A stretch of 64,000 nt of DNA, taken from contig CAWBUK010000007.1 of the NCBI GenBank assembly GCA_963791965.1, positions 9,586-73,585 on the forward strand. The letters are read 5' to 3'. Position 1 is the stretch's first letter. Every line of letters starts with the position of its first letter. A program made the translations under genes and the position numbers. Below, piece after piece: positions 59,531 through 64,000 of this stretch. Below the pieces are notes generated by a model, which did no database searches, was not told the origin of the DNA, and saw only the letters and a list, made by a program, of their open reading frames with translations. The stretch comes from an uncultured Acidobacteriaceae bacterium. GTDB taxonomy: Bacteria > Acidobacteriota > Terriglobia > Terriglobales > Acidobacteriaceae.

Positions 59531-60787
59531 ATGCAGACAAAGGCAAGCAAGCCGAGCGATGATTCGCGTACGGTGGCGCGGCGGAGGTTCCTCTCCTCGC
59601 TGATTTCGTTGGGAGGAGTGGCAGCCGCGAGCAGTGTTTTGGGGTGGACACCGGAGTTCGCATGGGCGGACGGCCCGGCGCGAGCTTCGCAGCCTGGGAC
59701 TGAGACCCTGGTGCGCTATCCGCAGAAGACCGACTTGATTCTGCTGACCGACCGGCCGCCGCAACTGGAAACACCGTTGCGATACTTCGCAACCGACCTG
59801 ACACCCAACGATGCCTTTTTCGTGCGCTGGCATCTTTCCGGAATCCCCACGGCGGTAGACCTGAAAACCTTCCGGCTGGAAGTTAGCGGCCACGTGAACA
59901 AGCCCCTGAGCCTGTCGCTCAGCGAGCTGCGCTCGAAGTTCGAGCCGGTATCGATGGTGGCGCTGACCCAGTGCTCCGGCAACTTCCGCAGCTGGTTTGA
60001 GCCGAGGGTTCCGGGTGGACAATGGGGTGCCGGGTCGATGGGCAATGCGCGCTGGAAGGGGGTTCGTCTGAAAGACGTGCTGGATGCGGCAGGGGTGAAG
60101 TCGGGAGCGGTGCAGGTAGGGCTGCGCGGATTGGATGTTCCGGCATTGGCGGCGACGCCGGTGTTTCAGAAGTCGCTGGAAATCGATCACGCGCGCGACG
60201 GCGAAGTGATGATCGCCTACGAGATGAACGGCGAGTCGCTGCCGATGTTGAACGGCTATCCCATTCGGTTGATCGTGCCAGGGTGGTATGCGACGTACTG
60301 GGTGAAGTCGCTGGCGACCATCACGGTGCTCGATCAGCCGCTGAAGACGTTCTGGATGGACAAGGCTTATCGCATTCCCGACAACCCGCAGGCTAACGAG
60401 GAGCCGCAGCACCTGGCGACGGCGACGGTGCCGATCAATCGCATGGCGGTGCACTCGATTTTTCTGAAGCCGAGCCCTGGCGAGCAGCTTCGCGCCGGGC
60501 AGCGCTATCAGGTATCGGGATTGGCAAACGATGGCGACTCGGGGATCAAACGCGTGGAGTTATCCAAAGATGGCGGCCAGAGCTGGAGCGATGCCACGCT
60601 TGGTCCCGACTTGGGCAAGTATTCATGGCGGCGCTGGCAGGCAGACTGGACTCCGGCGGCGAAGGGAAGCTACAAGCTCATGGTGCGTGCCACCTCCAAC
60701 AGCGGCGAGACGCAGGTAACGTCGCAGTGGAACCGCAGCGGCTATCAGCGCGACGTGATCGAGCAGCAGGAAGTGGTGGTGGCATGA
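59531..60787 (+). CDS. molybdopterin-dependent oxidoreductase, sulfite-oxidase/SorA family (Tat-exported)
   Basis: Twin-arginine signal (ARRRFLSSLISLGGVAAA), a Moco-binding domain pattern, and a C-terminal Ig-like dimerisation domain. Confidence 0.8.
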   Translation: MQTKASKPSDDSRTVARRRFLSSLISLGGVAAASSVLGWTPEFAWADGPARASQPGTETLVRYPQKTDLILLTDRPPQLETPLRYFATDLTPNDAFFVRWHLSGIPTAVDLKTFRLEVSGHVNKPLSLSLSELRSKFEPVSMVALTQCSGNFRSWFEPRVPGGQWGAGSMGNARWKGVRLKDVLDAAGVKSGAVQVGLRGLDVPALAATPVFQKSLEIDHARDGEVMIAYEMNGESLPMLNGYPIRLIVPGWYATYWVKSLATITVLDQPLKTFWMDKAYRIPDNPQANEEPQHLATATVPINRMAVHSIFLKPSPGEQLRAGQRYQVSGLANDGDSGIKRVELSKDGGQSWSDATLGPDLGKYSWRRWQADWTPAAKGSYKLMVRATSNSGETQVTSQWNRSGYQRDVIEQQEVVVA

Positions 60788-60803
60788 GAGAATCGCACGG
60801 CTG

Positions 60804-61157
60804 TTGCTCCTGGCAGCTTTGATTACGGGCACAGTGGTCGGCCAATCGCAGTCGCCCTCCACTGCGGGGTCAAAGCCCGATGCAGGACAGGTCGAACGGA
60901 TTACGCTGCCGCATGTCGAGACCCAGGTTCCGCCTGGTCCACACGTGCAGGTGTATGAGAAGAACTGTCTGCTTTGCCATTCGGCACGTTATGTTTTGAT
61001 GCAGCCGCGGTTCTCGAAAACACAGTGGCAGGCGGAAGTGAAGAAGATGGCGGATGTCTACGGAGCTTCCATCTCGCCCGAAGATCAGGCGCTGATTGTC
61101 GAGTACCTGGTGGCGGTGAAGGGAAGCGAGCCGGCGGCGAGCGCTCCGGCGAAGTAG
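60804..61157 (+). CDS. monohaem cytochrome c (SorB-like partner)
   Basis: CLLCHS haem motif and a signal-like LLAALITGTVVG. The listed start is TTG 60804. An ATG at 60784 overlaps the SorA TGA (ATGA) but is in another frame, so a further 1-nt indel at about 60787-60803 is possible (MRE.ARLLLLAAL..). Confidence 0.7.
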   Translation: MLLAALITGTVVGQSQSPSTAGSKPDAGQVERITLPHVETQVPPGPHVQVYEKNCLLCHSARYVLMQPRFSKTQWQAEVKKMADVYGASISPEDQALIVEYLVAVKGSEPAASAPAK

Positions 61158-61225
61158 AATGCATCCCACGATCCCAGTATCAGTACCTGCAGGGAGTTCC
61201 TTCCGGCTGTTCCGCGCAGAGAGAG

Positions 61226-61726
61226 TCATGATTTCCCCTCTTGTAGTTTGTTGAGATATTCGATGATCTCAGGATTGGTCCACTCGGCGGCGCCGATAAA
61301 TTTACGACGAATGACGCCGTCCTTGTCGATGACGTAGGTTTCAGGAAACTGGAAGGTGCCGTAAAGAGTGTTGGCCATGTTCTTGGGATCGCGCACCGTG
61401 AGCAGGTCGACGTTGTGGTCGCGTACGAACTGCTTGTAGGCAGCGTCGTCGGCATCTTCGCTGACGGCGAGAATCACTACCTTGTCGCCTAATTGTTTCT
61501 GGAGCTGCACCAGCGACGGCATCTCCTCGATGCACGGCGGACACCAGGTCGCCCAGAAGTTGAGCAAGACGGGCTTGCCGCGAAGCTGGGAGAGGGTGAC
61601 GGTGTGTTCGGAGTCAGTGACGCTGAAGTCGGGTGCCTTCTCTCCGATTTTCGGCGGACGGTTGCCGTTGCAGGCGGCAAGCAGAAACAGGCAAACCAAG
61701 ACGGTGGCGAATGCGAAGCGCTTCAC
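61226..61726 (-). CDS. TlpA/ResA-family thiol:disulfide oxidoreductase lipoprotein
   Basis: WATWCPPC active site. GTG 61726 gives VKRFAFATVLVCLFLLAAC (lipobox). Confidence 0.8.
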   Translation of the reverse strand: MKRFAFATVLVCLFLLAACNGNRPPKIGEKAPDFSVTDSEHTVTLSQLRGKPVLLNFWATWCPPCIEEMPSLVQLQKQLGDKVVILAVSEDADDAAYKQFVRDHNVDLLTVRDPKNMANTLYGTFQFPETYVIDKDGVIRRKFIGAAEWTNPEIIEYLNKLQEGKS

Positions 61727-61756
61727 AACCCTATAATAAACAAGGGTTCGACAGGA

Positions 61757-62878
61757 ATGGATGCCACGAAGGGCGCAGTCGAGGTTTCGGTGATCATTCC
61801 GGCGAGGAATGAGGAGGCAAACCTTGCCAACTGCCTGAGGTCGCTGGTGGAGCAACAGGGTGTGAACTACGAGCTAATCGTGGTGGACGACCACTCCACC
61901 GACCGCACCCGTGAAATTGCGCAAAGCTTCGCGGTGCAGGTGGTCGAAGCGGACGCGCTTCCCGCCGGCTGGAGCGGCAAGTGCAATGCGTGCTGGACCG
62001 GCGCAAAGTTTGCGACAGGGAAGTGGCTGCTGTTTACCGATGCCGACACGCGACATTCGCCACTGTCGATTGCGACCGGGTTGCGCGAGGCGGAAGAGCA
62101 TGGCGCGGCGCTGCTGTCGTACTCTCCAAAGCAGGAAGTGCATAGCGTGGCGGAGCGGGCGCTGATGCCGGTGATTTTCGCGGAGCTGGCAGTGAGCTTT
62201 CGTCCGAAGGAAGTCAGCGATCCGGCGTCTCCGGCGGCGGCAGCGAATGGGCAATACCTGCTGATTCGGCGCGACCCGTACGATGCGGTGGGCGGACATG
62301 CGGCGGTCGCGACTGCCATCCTGGAAGACGTGGAACTGGCGCGAAAGGTGAAGGGCGCCGGGTATCGACTTCAGTTCCGGCTGGCGGACGTGGTGAGCAC
62401 GCGCATGTATCGCAGCTTTCCGCAGATGTGGGAAGGCTGGACGAAGAACCTGGTGCTGCTGTTTCCCAATGCGCGTGGGCTGGCCTTGCGGCGGGCGATT
62501 GAGTTTGGGCTCATCGCGTGGAGTTTGGTTGCGCTGGCGAGCTCGCTGCTGGATCGCGACCGGACCGGCGTGTTGTTGAACGGGGCGCTGGCTTTCGGAT
62601 TGCTGGTTTTCTTCTATCAGCGGATTCGGCGGGCGCATTTTGACTGGTTATCAAATGTGCTTGCGGTATTTGGGTTGCCGCTGTTTACGGTAATGTTGCT
62701 GAACTCGTTCATCGTGTATAGAAGAGGTTCAGTGGAATGGAAGGGAAGAAAGTATACGGTGGATGCGGGCGCGGTTGCGCCGGCTAACTGCGGATCCCTC
62801 GGCTCCTCATCCGCCTGCGGCGGATTCGTCGCTCGGGATGAGACATCTAGAGAAGGAGCAGCATTACGGCGCAGCTAA
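61757..62878 (+). CDS. family-2 glycosyltransferase with C-terminal membrane segments
   Basis: VSVIIPARNEE..LIVVDDHSTDRT..FTDADT (GT-A DxD), followed by 3-4 TM helices. The last codons run into a REP hairpin. Confidence 0.8.
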   Translation: MDATKGAVEVSVIIPARNEEANLANCLRSLVEQQGVNYELIVVDDHSTDRTREIAQSFAVQVVEADALPAGWSGKCNACWTGAKFATGKWLLFTDADTRHSPLSIATGLREAEEHGAALLSYSPKQEVHSVAERALMPVIFAELAVSFRPKEVSDPASPAAAANGQYLLIRRDPYDAVGGHAAVATAILEDVELARKVKGAGYRLQFRLADVVSTRMYRSFPQMWEGWTKNLVLLFPNARGLALRRAIEFGLIAWSLVALASSLLDRDRTGVLLNGALAFGLLVFFYQRIRRAHFDWLSNVLAVFGLPLFTVMLLNSFIVYRRGSVEWKGRKYTVDAGAVAPANCGSLGSSSACGGFVARDETSREGAALRRS

Positions 62879-62940
62879 AGCTGCGCCCCTTCAAGTGCTA
62901 AGTGCTAAGTGCCAGCTGCTGTCGGCTAGTCGCTAATTGG
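62868..62940. repeat. REP hairpin followed by a heptamer-periodic array
   Basis: GGCGCAGC-TAAA-GCTGCGCC-CCTTCAA (62868-62894) is the inverse orientation of the 20908/28006 element. Then CAAGTGC TAAGTGC TAAGTGC CAGCTGC TGTCGGC TAGTCGC TAATTGG (62892-62940). Confidence 0.7.
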
Positions 62941-62945
62941 CAAAC

Positions 62946-63356
62946 ATGATCTATCTAACTCGCAAGTGCGAATTTTCGGCCTCGCATTACTACCACAATC
63001 CGGCATTCACTGCGGAAGAGAACCAGCGCGTGTTTGGGAAGTGCGCCAACCTCAATGGCCACGGCCATAACTACACACTGGAAGTGACGGTGAAAGGCGA
63101 AGTCGACGCGACCACAGGATTCGTCGTCGATCTGAAACAGCTGAAAGATGTTCTCAATGATGAAGTCGTCGAAGCCATGGACCATCGCCACCTGAACAAG
63201 GAAGTGCCGGAGTTTGCGACGCAGATACCGACGACTGAAAACATCGCTATCGCCATCTGGAACCGGCTGAATTCCAAGCTGAAGGTGGCAAGGCTGCATC
63301 GGGTGCGCGTGTATGAAATGCCTGACCTGTTTGTGGATTTTTACGGAGAAGAATGA
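62946..63356 (+). CDS. 6-pyruvoyl-tetrahydropterin synthase / QueD-family protein, copy 1
   Basis: FSASHYY..FGKCANLNGHGHNY..VVDLKQLK..DHRHLN..TTENIA closely follows the PTPS pattern (FGKCNNPNGHGHNY). Confidence 0.85.
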   Translation: MIYLTRKCEFSASHYYHNPAFTAEENQRVFGKCANLNGHGHNYTLEVTVKGEVDATTGFVVDLKQLKDVLNDEVVEAMDHRHLNKEVPEFATQIPTTENIAIAIWNRLNSKLKVARLHRVRVYEMPDLFVDFYGEE

Positions 63357-63771
63357 AGGCGCATCTCACACGCGGTACATGATTGCTGCATCGCATCGGC
63401 TGCACAGCGAGCGTCTGTCGGAAGCGGAGAACCAGCTGACCTACGGCAAGTGCAACAACCCGTATGGTCATGGGCACAACTACGCAATCGAAGTGACGGT
63501 AAGCGGCCAGGTAAGCCCGAGCACCGGAATGGTTTGCAACCTGGTGGATATTGACGAGTGCTTCCGGCGCGAGATCATGGAGCGGTTCGACCATCAGAAC
63601 CTGAACCTGCGGCCTGAGTTCGCGGATTGTGTGCCTACGACGGAAAACCTGGCGGCGGTGATCTTCGACATTTTGAAACGGGAGTTCCGCGCCGCTCATC
63701 TAGAGAAGATAAGAATCGAAGAGACACAGAACAATAGTTTTGAGTATTGCGGCGAGTGCAAACTATTCTGA
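63353..63771 (+). pseudogene. 6-pyruvoyl-tetrahydropterin synthase / QueD-family protein, copy 2, with a probable 1-nt frame shift near the 5' end
   Basis: ATG 63353 overlaps the copy-1 TGA (ATGA) and reads MKAHLTR.., matching copy 1 (MIYLTRK..). It hits a stop after 9 codons. The main frame (ORF 63313..63771) continues ..YMIAASHRLHSERLSEAENQLTYGKCNNPYGHGHNY... An alternative in-frame start, ATG 63379, would remove the first beta-strand. Confidence 0.7.
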
Positions 63772-63820
63772 AAGGAGTGGTCCTCCGGGGCTAAAGCCCG
63801 AAGTTCAAGGGAACTTTGAC

Positions 63821-63840
63821 GGCACGGCTGAAGCCGTGCC
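63821..63840. repeat. REP-like hairpin
   Basis: GGCACGGC-TGAA-GCCGTGCC flanked by TTCAAGGG / CCCTTTCAA. The stem is the same as at 39265-39284. Confidence 0.55.
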
Positions 63841-63852
63841 CTTTCAATAACC

Positions 63853-64000
63853 ATGAAGAACACAATCGAAACACCCACCCTGACCAGCGCGACCTTCGAA
63901 GAGTTGACACGCGAGTTTCTGGTTCGCCTGGGTGAAGACCCTGAACGCGAAGGATTGGTGCGAACGCCGGAGCGCTTCGTCAAGGCTTTCAAGTATCTGA
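63853..64000 (+). CDS. folE: GTP cyclohydrolase I (partial, continues past window end)
   Basis: Manual translation gives MKNTIETPTLTSATFEELTREFLVRLGEDPEREGLVRTPERFVKAFKYL, the GEDPxREGLxxTPxR FolE N-terminal signature. It is absent from the ORF track because there is no stop in the window. Confidence 0.85.
   Translation, partial: MKNTIETPTLTSATFEELTREFLVRLGEDPEREGLVRTPERFVKAFKYL

Noticed and set aside
63696-63992. 98-aa minus-strand ORF at the window end.
   Set aside because: It is antisense to the clearly recognisable folE N-terminus (GEDPEREGLVRTPERF) and to the PTPS 3' end, so it is a shadow ORF.

Overview
GC-rich bacterial chromosomal segment, roughly 60% GC by eye (not computed). It is probably from Acidobacteriota/Terriglobia. 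That placement is inference only, based on tandem 'VWFA-related acidobacterial'-type proteins, a TolB-propeller Ser/Thr kinase, CarboxypepD_reg-like and YVTN-propeller lipoproteins, and abundant GC-rich REP-like hairpins. I can support about 55 protein-coding loci, one tRNA-Met(CAT), two intrinsic terminators and several repeat families. I saw no rRNA, CRISPR array, transposase, integrase or phage genes. Most genes are housekeeping or metabolic: a Na+/solute symporter; an NDP-sugar salvage and polysaccharide-modification cluster with galE; a reverse-transsulfuration pair; murI with an amidase and a GerMN gene; hutI; an M1 aminopeptidase; tyrS; ackA; a penicillin-acylase-family gene; a fused homocysteine methyltransferase/MTHFR; an HDAC-like gene; a SorAB-like sulfite dehydrogenase; and tandem PTPS genes next to folE. 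Five things stand out. (1) A tightly overlapping 6-7 gene stressosome-like operon (RsbR/S/T-like, then an RsbW-like domain fused to PP2C, then an RsbW-like domain fused to a hybrid histidine kinase, then a REC-PAS kinase) has no sigma factor or DNA-binding output in the window. (2) A roughly 1150-aa sensor protein carries two complete histidine-kinase cores. (3) There is an MntA/HepT toxin-antitoxin pair with an upstream direct-repeat operator candidate. (4) Intergenic repeats fall into three classes: heptamer-periodic arrays that often occur as inverted pairs abutting stop or start codons, GC-rich hairpins with CTTYAG-type loops, and a 52/53-bp minisatellite. (5) At least 15 genes, including essential tyrS, are interrupted by single-base frame shifts. 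This most likely reflects indel errors in the sequence rather than real pseudogenes. I found no clear-cut novel defence or mobile system. The stressosome-to-phosphorelay operon and the heptamer repeat family are the best candidates for follow-up.
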